64,000 nucleotides of DNA from Stegostoma tigrinum (GCF_030684315.1 NC_081400.1:8499464-8563463), one strand, 5' to 3'; counted from the stretch's first letter, positions 12,013 through 26,000 are shown. Numbers and translations: made by a program. The notes: generated by a model from the letters alone, not told the origin.

Positions 12013-12950
12013 TACTGGAGTATTGTGTTCACTTTGGATCACCTTGCTAGAGGAACAATGCTATTAAACTGGAAAGAGTGCAGAAGAAATTTACAAGAAT
12101 TTTGTCAGGACTCAAGATCTGAATTATAGAGAGATGTTGGACCAGCTAGGACATTTTTCTTTAGTGGGTCGGAGACATAATGGGGATCTGAGAGAAGTGA
12201 TTAAGATCATAAGAGGCATGGATAAGGTGAAATGCACTCAGTCTTTATACCAGGGTTGGGGAAGTGAGGAATAGAGAACATCAGTTTAAGGAAAGAGGGG
12301 AAAGAATACATGGGAACCTGAGTGGGAACTTTTGGATGGTATGCTTATGGAATGAGCTGTCAGCGGATGGGGGTGGGGTGAGTGATGACGTTTGCTCAAT
12401 GGTTAGCATTGCTGCCTCAGACCAGGGTTCAATTCCACGCTTGGGCAACTGTCTGTGTGGACTTCCCCAACCCTGGTATTAAGACTGAATGCATTTCACC
12501 TTATCCATGCCTCTTATGATCTTAATCACTTCTCTCAGATCCCCATTATGTCTCCTACCCACTAAAGAAAAATGTCCTAGCTGGTCCAACATCTCTCTAT
12601 AATTCAGATCTTGAGTCCTGACAAAATTCTTGTAAACTTCTTCTGCACTCTTTCCAGTTTAATAGCATTGTTCCTCTAGCAAGGTGAACAAAAGTGAACA
12701 CAATACTACAGTGAGGTCTTACCAACTTCAGGTATAAATGCATCATAACTTCCAAACTTCTACTCTCAGTATCATGAGCAATAAAGGCCAGTGTGACAAA
12801 GGCTGCCTTATCCACTTGTGACTCCACTTTCAGACAGCCATGCACCTGAACTCCAAGTTCACTCTCTTACAACACACTCCTGAAGGCCCTCCCATTTACC
12901 ATGAAACTCCTACTTGGATTTGACTTTCCAAAATGCACCACCTCACAGTT
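12013..12950. mobile_element. CR1 3' fragments: + at 12013-12362 and - at 12461-12950, sharing an inverted duplication of about 250 bp
   Basis: Both translate to LARGTMLLNWKECRR.LQEFCQDSRSEL (ORFs 11734-12129 + and 12597-12845 -). Confidence 0.8.
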
Positions 12951-12987
12951 ATCTATATGTATATATTTCTCTATATACTTATATATA

Positions 12988-13107
12988 TTTCTCCAGCAAG
13001 CTCGAGAAACTCCAGTCAAACTTCAAAATAGATAGCTTCGTGACTTGTGAATTCAACACTGAGTTCAAAGGAGAAACAATATTACACAATCTGCCCTTCA
13101 TTCGGGC
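12988..13107 (+). pseudogene. Possible Ig C1-domain 3' remnant (E-F-G strands), 5' part lost to CR1
   Basis: FSSKLEKLQSNFKIDSFVTCEFNTEFKGETILHNLPF resembles the end of the C1 at 35102-35405 (WKHGAV-TCSVHVNATKILVSENLPL). Confidence 0.4.
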
Positions 13108-13490
13108 ATTTCTTTTTTAAAAACTATTCTTGTTTCTAAAATTTTGGCCAGGGCTATTTATTGTGGTGGTATTTAAATTCACATCGGAGTAATGCATTCT
13201 TTTTCATTACAACCATACAACTCTTTTTGTCTATTTGCCCATGTCATATTTATAATGTCACATCCACTCTACCCAACATCAGAAACTGGATTTTGTTATT
13301 TCTCCAGCCACGTAGCAAATCATCTGTAATTCATGACATTTCTACATGCATAAGTTCTTACGAACAATCAAGTTAGATTTTAAATATGGACTTCGTCCTT
13401 TTGACAATGTTTACGGACACACCAAGTATTTCTCGCACTTTCGGAAATGCTGAGTGATGTTGCATATCACGTCACCTCTGCATTATCCAG

Positions 13491-13624
13491 GTTGTGGCAG
13501 AAGCACAACTGTCCCCTCTTCTCTCACTCTTTACTTCGTTGTGTCTTGTCTGTGAGTTTTGACATTACCGATCGAGTTCGTGGCAATGAAAGCCAATAAT
13601 AATATCGAACAGTAGCCAGTCTGA
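13491..13624 (+). pseudogene. Possible connecting-peptide/TM exon remnant, TCR alpha/delta-like
   Basis: Acceptor cattatccag|, phase 1: GCGRSTTVPSSLTLYFVVSCL*VLTLPIEFVAMK. The TGA at 13553 could be a decayed CGA (Arg). Donor gtaagc at 13625. Confidence 0.4.
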
Positions 13625-13920
13625 GTAAGCTATTTGTGGGACACAATGCATGATGGTGTCTTGGATCACAGCATGTACCCAAGCATTTCTTTTCAGATTT
13701 GGTAAACTATAGTTAAGAGAAGACTTGACAACAGCAATTTGCTTAAATATGAATGTTTATTAAGTAAAAATAATGATTACAATGGCAATTATAAATGATT
13801 GTAGTGGTAACAGTAAATAGAAAAGAAAAGAGGAAAAAAAAGTCTCATGCCATTCTAGACAAAGCAACAAGCCTCATGTTCTTCTGCCTGTTCTTCTGTT
13901 GCCTCAATCAATGGCTGTTC

Positions 13921-14157
13921 TCAAGGCTCAGGTTCATTCCTGGCACTGTTCACGATTCTGAGCTGAAGTGAAGTCATGCAACTTGGAATGAGATTCTCTC
14001 TCTCTTTCTCTCTCTGACATAGTATGACAAACAGCCAGCACAAAGAAAGCAGATACAGAAGACAAAACACAGCGACAGGAAAATAAGCTGCAAGTGCCAC
14101 CTTTGGCTGTCTCACAAACTTTGATTTTTTTTATGGTGATGTGAGGTTCCTGCTCCA
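13921..14157 (-). pseudogene. TM exon with antigen-receptor-like Y-x9-Y spacing
   Basis: KVALAAYFPVAVFCLLYLLSLCWLFVILCQREK. Removing one A from the A8 run near 14125-14132 joins it to a phase-1 start at 14157 (VEQEPHITIKKSKF...). Confidence 0.5.
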
Positions 14158-14699
14158 CTACTATCTCAGACAGTACATTTCAGATCCCACTAACTTCTGA
14201 TGAAAGAAAATCTGAAATCTTGCCAAGACTTAAACACTTCAGCTTAAAATTATGCCCCTAACCGCTCATTATGGGCAATTCAACTAAGGAGAAAAGGTGC
14301 TTCTCTTCCATCCTGTCCATGGTCGTTGCAATCTTATGCACATTGATGCGCTCCTCTCTCATCTTTCCCTGCTCCACAGAAATCAACACAGACTATCCAT
14401 CCTCTCTTCATAGCTAAGTTGCTCCTACCCTGGCAACATTGTGCATGGAAAAGATCTGCACAGGAAATGGCCCTTTAGCTCCCAGTGTCAGTGCTGACCA
14501 TGATGCCATGAGGAACGAAGTCTAACTGACTGTGCATGGTTCGTATCTCTGACTGTTCAGTTGTCAGTGTAAATGCTTTGTACCTCGATCTGTCACCACT
14601 GTGGCAGTGCTTCCAGGCACTGCGCACCCTGTGTGTCTCACACATTTACTTAAACACTCCCACTTCTCAAATTAAACCTACAGCCTCTAGTATTTGTCA

Positions 14700-16200
14700 T
14701 TTTGATACTGACAAAGAGAATCTGAATATCCATAGAAGTTACATCAGCAACTTTAGCACTGATGTGAATAGTGCATTCGATAGAATACAACATTCTCAAA
14801 ATCATATATATTATTTTTATCTGTTTAAGTCTCAGGGAAGAAATGACAACGCAACACAATAGTAATCTAATAAAAATGATCTGGTTCGGTTGCAATTCAT
14901 GTTAATTGACATTTAGTATTTTCTTTGTTGCACTTTCTTTAGTAAATGGCTCTACTTTGGCTGCAGTGAGTATTTGAACTGTAGATAGAACAAGACACAT
15001 TTCACTTGCCCAGGTAAAACATGAAGCAGCATTACTGAATAGGCACCATTAACCCAACCCTAATTACCCACAGGGCAGTTGAGAGTCAAACAAATTTCCA
15101 TGGATCTGTAGACACACGTAGACCAGCTTCCTTCCCTAGAGGGCATTAGTAAACCAGATCAGTTTTTTTCCTGATAATCGACATGGTAATCATAATTCCA
15201 GATTTTATTGAATTCTAATTCCACCATTTGCTCTGGGAGGATCCGAACTTGGTTCCTCGGGACGTTATCTGGGTCCCTGGATTAAAAATCCAGTGATAAC
15301 ACTACCAGACCATGTAGCTTATATTATAGACAAACACTGAGCACTGTCCTATTACATATCCTTGAATCACTTTTAACTTCATATTTGTAGGATGTGGGCG
15401 TCACACTATTGGCCGTCCCTTGTTGCATGAGAAGTTGTTAGTGAGCTGCCTTGTTGAACTGTTGCAGTTCACTAATGAAGCTTAGTAGCTGTTTCAATAC
15501 CCCGAAGGACTCTGTAGAAATGAAATCCTCCAAAGAGACACAATCGATACCTGAACGATGATGTAACCTATCAATGTCCAACTGTGACGAAGTCCCCTTT
15601 TCTACATCAACATCAACTGATATTTCTTCCAAATCCCATCCCAGCTCCTGCTATTCCAACATATTACAGACGCAGCATGTGTATTCATTAAATACAAAAT
15701 TGCCATCTTTTGGAAAAATCTTGCCTTTCCCTCACTTTATTCCATTTTCATACGCTCAAATCCTTCAGGAAATCAGACTAGGACAAGAAAAACTTTCTGC
15801 ATTGGCTCTTTTAAATTTCTGAGATACCATTCACCTTTCTCCAGATTTATTTCTACTTTGGTAACCATGGCACCTGCATCCCTTTTCCACAGCATCGCCA
15901 TTTCCTCTGCCGTCTCTAAGCATACAATTTTTCGGTCTTGTGTCAGCTTCTGCCATTTTACACTTTCAGGTCATGCCATCCAGCATCAATTTGTTGATGT
16001 CCCTCCCATATATCTAGGTCCTCATTTTGCAGTGATCTTTTCTGGATAATGTGAAACTTGCTCCAATCAAAAGCAGTAAACTATGAGTCTCTAAAATCCA
16101 ACATAAGAAATTGCAAATCATTTCCACCATTCCAACCCTCTCTCTGCTATCTCAGGACAAAAATATGTGCTAATTTGGAAATTTACTTCTGCCTGTTCTC
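14700..16200 (-). pseudogene. Highly decayed Ig-superfamily-like block A, paralogous to 54930-56130 and interrupted by SINE sequence at about 15048-15465
   Basis: Colinear shared words with block B (gaaatgaaatc, catttcacttg, gccatccagcatcaatttg, ttaaatttctg). Remnant translations LE*QELG and LFSNAASCFTWASEMCLVL. Confidence 0.4.
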
Positions 16201-16389
16201 TGCACAAATTGAGTCTTAAATCTGTGTAGATCATAAAAAGAGGAATTTTACCAACACATTGTGGGAGAGTTCTTGGAGTTAATCACCAAGTCACTCGGTT
16301 GGTTACAGTTCACAATATTTCTGCATTTTTATGTCACAATGATTACATACAAACATTGGTATAAAGCAATGCTTTACTGCAAAAGAAGG

Positions 16390-17310
16390 ATGCACCTTCT
16401 TGTGATGTTTATTCTGAAGAGACATATTAAAGGCAGAAGTGGAGACCGAGCTACTGAAGACAGCTTAAGTAAAGAACTTTCAGACCTCTCGGTTTTTTTA
16501 TAAAGTTAGGATAATAGAAGCAGCTGGAATCAAATGGCCAGCTCTCAAAGACCTGACCATCTCTTGGAAGAGTTGAAGATTCAGTGACTGATTCCTGGCT
16601 TTCTCTAGAATTTCTCTTGCTTTTTTTTTCTCGCGCTCTCCTAGATCAGAGAACTGCATGTAAGGATCTGAATTTGCCTTTTTGACAAAGGGGTGTTTCT
16701 GGGGCATTGCTAAACTGGAACAGTTAATTAGTAATGGGCGCTGTATCTATTGTTCAATGAAGTCTTCTAATATTTAAGTTATTTGAAATTAATCTTTCTT
16801 TTGTTTGTATTTTGACGATAATATTTAAATAAATTGTGTTTTGCTTAAGTTAGGGTATGGGCTACCTGTTGAAAATATCTGGAGAGGGTCTGATCTGGTC
16901 CATAACAAAGTGTGTGCTCTTGTCTGACTTAAAAATCTACACTTCCAATTTGATTGTTCGACTCAGAGGTAACAAATGGTAGGTGTTAGTGTCTTGTCTC
17001 TCATGTTGAGTTTGGTTGGTATAAACAGGGTGAGCCTTTTGTAGTGACTGTTCTTTTAGGGACTAACAGTTTTCTGAGTGGGGAAGAAGTTACAAAAAGT
17101 GAGCAAGGCAAAGATGTTGGAAATAGCAGGCAAGCTGGAGTTGTTGTCGCCTGGGTCTGAAGGAAAAAGGGAGATAATTGCAGCAATAGCTCAACACTTG
17201 AAATTGCTGGGAATACCATCAGAATCTTTGGAGATGACTGGAAATCAGTTGCAGATGGAGCTGCTGGATCATGAAAAGGAAATGAATGAAAAGGAAGTGG
17301 ATGTATGAAG
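16390..17310 (+). mobile_element. Gypsy-type LTR element remnant (LTR-like region and gag N-terminus)
   Basis: ORF 17078-17308 LQKVSKAKMLEIAGKLEL...KREIIAAIAQHLKL resembles Gypsy gag N-termini. Confidence 0.55.
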
Positions 17311-17504
17311 CCAATCTTCTAGGTTGTGTTCATGAGTGGGACCAAATAGCTTCTATTGTTTTCTCATTGACTTTCTACCATTTCAAGATCAGAGATGGGG
17401 AAGTTCACTGATAGTTGCACAATGTCCATATCAGTGAAAACTCCTCAGGGTTTGATGCTGGTCATGCCAATTCACAGCAAACCATCCACAAAATTCCCCA
17501 ATAA

Positions 17505-17840
17505 CAGAGTGTGGAGCTGGATGTACACAGCAGGCCAAGCAGCATCTTAGGAGCACAAAAGTTGACCTTTCAGGCCTAGACCTTTCAACAGAAAAGGGGG
17601 ATGGGGAGTGGGTTCTGATACTCTCCTCTCCACCTATCTTCTTTATCCATCTTTGATCTGCCTCCCCCTCTCTCCCAATTTATTTCAGAACCCCCTCCCC
17701 ATCCCCATTTTCTGATGAAGGGTCTGGGCTCGAAACATCAGCTTTTGTGCTCCTGAGATGCTGCTTGGCCTGCTGTGTTCATCCAGCCCCACACTTTGTT
17801 GTCTCAAATTCTTCAGCATCTGCAGTCGCCATTATCTCTG
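17505..17840. mobile_element. Short inverted pair of Penelope-derived termini with a hammerhead-like core
   Basis: ctgatgaagggtctgggctcgaaacatc at about 17712-17739. Same terminus as 26830-26960. Confidence 0.7.
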
Positions 17841-20800
17841 AGGAAAATTCCCAGGTTTGGATTGATAATGCCAAAAACCACTCAAGCTACAAAAGCAAAA
17901 GGAATCAGCATCACCAGCAAAACAGACTGAATCCATCTCCCTTTGACAGGCAATAACATTAACTGTTGTTGTAAGAAAATCATCTGTAACTGATAATGCT
18001 GCGGGGCGATTTAACCTGAGTTTCAGTCAATCTTCTTGTGCATAACAGTTAAACAGTAGCTGTGGCATTCAAGTGCAAAATTGAAACCTCGAATTTGATG
18101 CTATTTTCATTAATACTGACAGTGAAATTATCAACATTTTTGAGGATAAAATCAAAACTGATTCACTCACATTCCTTGGGGAAGGCAATATTCCAAAGCT
18201 ACAATTGCTGGAGAATGTGGTAATCTAAAGACGTAAAAATGTGTTTGATTCTTACCTGATCTCAAGAATGGCTGAGAAGTCTACCCATTGCAATGATAAT
18301 CTCAGATCATGGGCAGGAGAAAATGGTTTGTCACTGATGCCATTATCCATTATAAGAATAAAAAAAAGTTAATAAATCCAAAATGATTGTCATTTTGGGG
18401 GTGATTAGGAAATGATCAAGGGCAAACTTAAAAATATTGTGGCATGTCATGAGCAAGTGCATAGTAATGAAATCTGAAAAGTAACACTTCCTTTAACCCC
18501 CCAAATCCATTTCCACATCCACAAAGCATAAGTCCGAATAGTGATTGAACATTTTTCTTTTCCCTGAATGAAAGCAGTTTCATAAGGCACAAGATGTTCC
18601 ATATTATCCAAGACAAAACAGCTTGATTGCTACCCAGTCTGACATTTTTACATTTTCAACCATATCTCACAATAATAGCAGTGCTGTGTAAGAGGCACTA
18701 TGACAATTTCCCAAAGATGTCTTGGTGGCTTCCGCTAAATCATGCATCTTTACCATCTTGTACAAAAATATCAGTGATTGAATAGGTATACAGTCATCTG
18801 CACAATGCCGTCTAAATTACCAACCAATTTGACTTCTAAAATTATCCCTATTTCTTCATCATTACTGTAAAAACAGAAGTATGATCTTTCTTCCATGCAG
18901 TGGTGCAGGTGTACATATTGTCAACATTTAAGAAGTAAGTTTAGGAAGTAAGCCCAACACTGTCTTCACAGTAAAAAGTGGGTAATTGGTGATAAACTCA
19001 TGCATATACAGATTAAACAAAAAGCACAACCCAGAACTCCGTATATGACCAACATTTACTCACCAAATGTTAACTCCAAAAAAAAGGAATGGAAATATTT
19101 GGAACAAAATAAAGTTGCTGGAAAGGCTCAGCAGGTCTGGCAGCATCTGTGAAGGAAAAACTAAAGTTAACAAATATTTGGAACTGAGATAAGTGAGCAA
19201 GCAAAAACCTTTCTAGCGCAATCTCAAGGATCATCATTGATTCCCAGGCTGTGTTCAAAGGGAAATGGGCACTGTTTGAGAGAAGGAGAATGAGCTGACC
19301 CCCAAAATGCTGGTATATGGGCAGGGCCAGGGGATGCATGACACTCATGACACAATAAGATAAGTAGAAAACAGCTATTTGAAACTCCTGGTGAGAAAAC
19401 AAGTGAAACTTTCAAATAGCAACAGTGTTGTCTCTCTTTCTTATACTGAAATCAAATATCGTCACAGCTAGCAAGACTGGCTTTGCCTCCATTCCTGGTT
19501 GTTCTACGATCCTTAGGCATTCACAAAGTAAGTGATTAAATGAAGTGTGTTGGTCATCTAGAAAGGTAGAATGGACTGTTAGCAAAGCAATAATAGATGA
19601 TACAAACAGATTCAGCCATTACTGCAGTGGACACAATTAACATTTCAATAAGTTGGAAATGACATTGGAACTTTTTAACCATGCAAACATTAGGGTTATG
19701 GGAATAAACAATTGATAGAACTGTGGACTGACAAGTGTCCGAGGGACTTCATATTTTCATCTTTGCAGGGGTTTCAAATGAGGTAATGAATACTATTAGA
19801 ACTTTCGCTGATTTTTCATGCTTTCTTTTCTTTTCACTAATTTTGGATAGGCCTTGTGAGCTGAGATCTGTGAGATGAAGATCACATTTGGATTGTGAGC
19901 AGCAATTTATGCTTTTATGAAGATCAAACAAGCTGTTGGATGTTTGTCAGACTAGGCCTAATTTAAAATTACTTCTTAATCAGAACGTTCTAAGGATTAT
20001 TCTGCATGAGAGAAAGAAAGTATATTTACTCAGATGGATGAGACTGGCCATGAAAGAGATCAGTGCCTGGAATATTTTTCCAGCTTGTCTAGGAGAGACG
20101 TTATGCTGAACAGATGATAGGTGTTGAACGAAAACTGGAACCTTGTGGGGAGGTGGTCTTTCCGTCAGCAAGAAACCAGAGTTTGAATTGTGAATTCAAC
20201 TGTGTTTTCTACGAGGAGTTTGATTGTTGATTCGACAGCATGAAGGTCTGAAAGCTACTTTCCTAAATATCAGATGTTGGAAGTTAAGAGATTAGAAAAC
20301 TAATGCATACTTATCACTGACTTTCTCAGAGTGGACTGGAAAAGCTGGACCTGATTGAACGTTCAGAAAACCATCAATGAAACTATCATCTGCTCCTATA
20401 GCCTACACATTATGAAAACTGCAGAAATCATCTGGTTACATTTTTTAATTTCATTTCATTTTTAAGTTTTATTTTATTTATCCATTTGATGTGCTTATTT
20501 TTCTGTCTTTTCTGTGAATGGGGCAAAGAAAGCAAAGACCCGTTCTGAGGAAGGATCACTGGATCTTAAATGTTAACTCTGTTTTTTCCTTCACAGATGC
20601 TGCCAGACCTACTCAGCTTTTTGAGCAACTTTGTTTTTGTTCCTGATTTACAGCATCTGCAGTTCTTTTGGTTTATTTTTAAAACAAAGATTACTGGTTT
20701 TAAATCTTTGACATCAGTTAGATTAATTTGCTGCTTAATTTTGTTTTGCTAAAATTACTGTATTGTTTATAGATTGTTAAGGTTTTTTTCTGTTTAAACT

Positions 20801-23049
20801 ACAGACCCAGAGCCTAGAATTAGTTCTTTACAGACTCTAGAATTTGTTATCTAAAAGCCTGGAGACAAAGTACTGGGGTTAATTTTGAGGATATTTAAAG
20901 GTTTTAATTTTATTGCGTTGTGAATCCAGAGGCAGTAGCAAGATTTTGATCAGACCCGTCAAATCTTCCATAAGTCACTAAAATGAATAAATTGAACAAG
21001 CTGGTAAATAGCAAACATAACTCTGTTCAAGAGGGAGACAGATACATAATATGGATTCAGGTAAGGTAGCTTATATCACGGTGAAGGCAGTGGGATTAGC
21101 CATTAAAGAGGTTACAGCTGCACACCTGGTCGGTGTAGTGACATTCGGCAAGAGAGACCATGGGGTAGAGAAGAAGAAATCATGTTTAACCCTTGAATTA
21201 GATTGTTTTTGAAGAATTAACATTAGACAATAGAGACAGAAATGTGTTGCAGCCTGCAATTTATTTATTTTTGTTTTCATTTCTGCCAGTTCTCTACTTT
21301 TTAAATTGGTCAATGCCATTAATGGTAAACTGTACAAAATTTAGTTTGAGAGTTCTCTAATGAGGCCTAAGAATGGATTAAATGTATCCAGGCTAAAGTT
21401 ACAAATAGTTCAAGAAACAAAAGCAATTTATTTCCATTCTTTATTGAACGTGCAAACAGTATTCAGAAGGGTAGCAAAGATAATTAAAATTACATTTTTA
21501 TTCCACTGGAGTATACACAAGCACACAACAAAATTTAAAAGATCAATTAATGAATTTATAAGTACAAAAATATAGAAAGGATTTTTTATTATTAAATACA
21601 AGGGACGTGGGCATCACAAGCTAGGCCAGCACTCATTGCTCATCCTTAATTGACAGGAGGGTTTTTGAGAGTGAACTGCATGTGGGTCTGGTTTCACAGG
21701 TAGGCAGACCAGGTGAGGATAGCAGATCTCCTTCCATTATTTAGGCAGATGGGATTTTCTGACAATTGACATTACTTTTGTGGTCATCAGTAGTTTCTTA
21801 ATTCCAGAATATTGTTTTAAATTAAATTCAGTTTCAACTATGGCATGCATTCAAACCAAGGTCCCCAGAACATTAGCTATGTTTCTGAATTAAAAGTCTA
21901 GTGAAAATGCCAATAGGCATTGCTTTCCCTGATGTGCTTGTTTGTGGCAAAATCAGAAGTTCTACCCATCAATTAACTGCCACTGGTAACGAGCTGCTGT
22001 ACAGCTCCCTGAATTGTTAATGGAAACACGGTGTCCATTGGCAAAAAAAAAATTTTGTTAGGCGCTCGTAAGAATTTCTACTGCTGGTGTTAGAGATAAC
22101 AAATGAGCAGCTGAAGGAACACAATAGGCCAGGCAACATCAGAGGAGCTGGAAAGCTGAATGAGGATTTCTGCAGAAGGGTCCCAAACCGAAATGTCAGC
22201 TTTCCGGCTCCTCTGATGCTGCTGTGTTCCTTTAGCTCCATACTGTGTTTTTTTTGTTACATGTTAGTTGGAAGATAAGTCAACCTTTTATGTCACTTGA
22301 ACAAAATTTGATATTTCAGCAATCTGAATGAAAAAAAATAATGTCACTTCAACAAAGTTTGATATTTCAGCAATGAATGAAAAAAATGAATGAATGAACA
22401 ACCTGAGCATTGATAATAGTGCTTAAAAACCAATAGAACTGTGGATACTGTAAACCAGAAACAAAAATAGAGATTGCTGGAAAAGCTCAACAGGTCTGGT
22501 AACATCTGTGAATGGAAATCAGAGTTAACTTTTCAGGTCCATTGACCATTCCTTAGTTCTCTTCATTGATAATAAAGCATTTATTTCCGTTCCAGGGAAA
22601 GTTTAATTCAGGAAAGTTTGTAACTGCATGTGTGAATCTCTCTTCATTTCTTAAGGCAAGAGATACCTTCGTGAACTGAATTGAGTCTTTTGAAAGAGTG
22701 CTGTTTTAAAAAAAATAGTATGTGGGAAAACAATTTGATAGTTTCATTTGGAGGATTCGTCAAAATAGAAGCAACATAACGTGATATAATCCAAGAGATT
22801 ATGGCATTTTAGAGTCAGTTGGAGGAAGCAATCGATATTTGTCAATGCAGCGTTTTTTTCTCGACCTTCAGAGCTTGATGCTAGTTGTGATCAGTTGGGT
22901 TCGGCTCCCCATCGCTTGCTTTTTGAAATTGATGTTAATTATATAGATTCAATGTTGGGCAGTGCTGAAGATATTTTCAGATGTAGTAATAGACAATAAA
23001 ACTATGGAGTTCACTGTCGGCTGGATGCTGTAGGCAAATGTTATAACGT

Positions 23050-26000
23050 AGATAACACAGTGTCTAGCTGGATGAACACAGGAGGCCAAGCAGCATCAGA
23101 GGAGCAGGAAAGTTTGACATTTCAGGTCGAGACCCTTCTTCAGAAATGGGGGAGGGGAAGGGGATTCTGAAATAAATAGAGAGTCGGCGGGAGGCGGATA
23201 GAAGATGGATAAAGGGTGAGAGGAGACAGATAGATCGAAGAGGTGGGGTTAGAGCCAATGAAGATGAATGTAGGTGGGGAGTTAGGGAGCGGATAGGTCC
23301 GTCCAGGGAGGATGGACAGGTCAAGGGGACGGGATAAAGTTAATGGGTAGGAGATGGGAATGGGGCTTGAGGTGAGAGGAATGGTTAGGGAGGCAGGGAC
23401 TAGCTGGGCTGGTTTTGGGATGTGGTCAGGGGAGGGGAGATTTTGAAGCTTGTGAAGCCCACATTGTTACCTTTGGGCTGCAGGGCCCGCAAGCGAAATC
23501 TGAGATGCTGTTCCTGCATCTTTCAGGAGGCAGCATCGTGGCATTGCAGGAGGCCCAGGATGGACGCGTCATCCAAGGAGTTTGCGGGGTGGGGGGGGGA
23601 GTTGAAATGGTTCGTGACTGGGAGGTGTAGTCGTTTGTTGTGAACAGAGTGTACGTGTTCCGCAGAGCTGCCCCCAAGCCTTTCCCCAGTTTAGAGGAGG
23701 CCACAACGGGAACAGCAGATACAGTATATCACACTAACAGATGTGCAGGTGTTTGATGTGAAAAGTCTTCTTAGGGCCTGGGGAGGTATAGGGGCAGGTG
23801 TAGCATTTGCTTCGTTTGCAAGGAATAGTGCCGGGTGTGGTGGGGCTGGAGGGGAGTGTGGAGTGGACAAGGGCATCACGGAGAGAGTAGTCCCTCTGGA
23901 AAGCACATAAGGGTGGGGAGGGAAAAATATCTTTGCTAGTGGGGTCAGATTGCAGTTGGCGGAAATGTCGGAGGATGATGCGTTGGATTTGGACGTCCGT
24001 CGCTCCGCTCATCAGCAATGTCCCTCTGCCCACCACCTTCACAGCCAGCATCTCGAGACAAGACAATGACACCCAGCCCTGCCCAGCCTTCACCATCCCC
24101 CAAGACCTCCCCCTTACTGTGGACGAACGGTCAGTTCTCAATAAAGGACTCACCTTTGTTCCCCCTTCACCACATCGATGAATATAACTCTTGTTTGGAC
24201 ATTGAGCAGTTTTTCTGCCGCCTCCGCCTCCGCATCTATTTCTTTAACCATGAGCCAAACCCTTCCTCTACTGACCTCTTCTCCTGCCTCCAATGCACCC
24301 ACTCCTCCTGGACACCACCCCAAGGCCTCCTACCCTCCCTTGACCTCTTCATCTTTAATTGTCTTTGAGGCAGCGATCGCCTCAAACTCTCCACCCCTTT
24401 CACCCACTCCAACCTCTCCCCCACAGAACCTGCAGCCTTCCACTCCCTCCGCTACAATCCCAAACTCACCATAAAACCCGCAGACAAGGGAGGTGCAGTT
24501 GTAGCATGGCGCACTGACCTCTACATCGCTGAGGCCAGGCGCCAACTCTCCGACACCACCTCCTACCGCCCCCTGGATCGTGACCCCGCCCCAAGCACCA
24601 AACCATGATCTCTCAAATCATCCACAACCTCATCACCTCAGGTGACCTCCCACCCACAGCCTCCAACCTCATCATTCCCCAGCCCTGCACCGCCCGCTTC
24701 TAACTTCTTCCCAAAATCCACAAACCTGCCTGCCCTGGTTGACCCATTGTCTCCACCTTCTCCTGCCCCACCCAACTTATCTCCACCTATCTGGGCTCCA
24801 TTTTCTCCCCCTTGGTCCAGGAACTCCCTACCTACCTCCGTGACACCATCCATGCTCTCCACCTCCTCCAGAACTTCCAATTCCCCAGTCCCCATTACCT
24901 CATTTTTACTATGGATGTCCAGTCCCTGTACACCTGCATTCCACATGCAGATGGCTCAAAGGGCCTCCGCTTCTTCCTATCCCACAGGCCTGACCAGTCC
25001 CACTCCACCGACACCTCATCCACTTGTCTGAACTCATCCTCACCCTCAACAACTTCTCCTTTAATTCCTATCACTTCCTACAGACAAAGGGGGTGACCAT
25101 GGGTAGCTGCTTGGGCCCAAGCTATGCCTGCCCCTTTGTAGGGTACGTGGAACAGTCCCTCTTCCAAAGCGACACTGGCCCCAAACCCCATCTCTTCCTC
25201 CGCTACATTGATGACTGTCTTGGTGCCGCCTCATGTTCCTACGAGGAGCTCGAACAGTTCATCCACATCACTAACACCTTCCACCCCAACCTTAAGTTTA
25301 CCCAGATCATCTCTGACACCTCCCTCTCCTTCCTGGGCCTCTCTGTCTCCATCTCTGGCATCCACCTGGAAACCAATATTCATTTTAAGCCTACTGACTC
25401 CCACAACTACCTAGAATATTCCTCCTCTCACCCACCTTCCTGTAAAAAGGCCATCCCCTATTCCCAATTCCTTAGCCTCCACTACAGTTGTTCCCTAGAT
25501 GAGGCATTCCACCACTGAACATGCCAGATGCCCTCTTTTTTCAAGTACTGCAACTTCCCCTCCACAGTGATCGAAAATGCCCTCGTCCATGTCTCCTGCA
25601 TTTCCCGCAACTCATCCGTCACACTCACTATCTGCAATAATAACCAGCAGAATCTCCCTCATCCTCACGTACCACCCCACCCATATGTGCTTTCCAGAGG
25701 GACCTCTCTCTGGGACTCACTTGTCCGCTCCACATTCCCCTCCAGCCCCACAACCCCCAGTTCTTTTCCCTGCAACTGAAGCAAATGCTACACCTCCCCC
25801 TATACCTCCCTCCTCAGCCCCATCCCAGGCCCTAAGAAGACTTTTCGCATCAAACAGATGTTCACCTGTACGTCTGTTAATGTGATATACTGTATCCGCT
25901 GTTCCCGTTGTGGCGGCCTCTACATGAGGGAAACCAGGTGGAGGCTTGGGGGTAGCTTTGCAGAACACCTCTACTCAGTTCACAACAAACAACTGCACCT

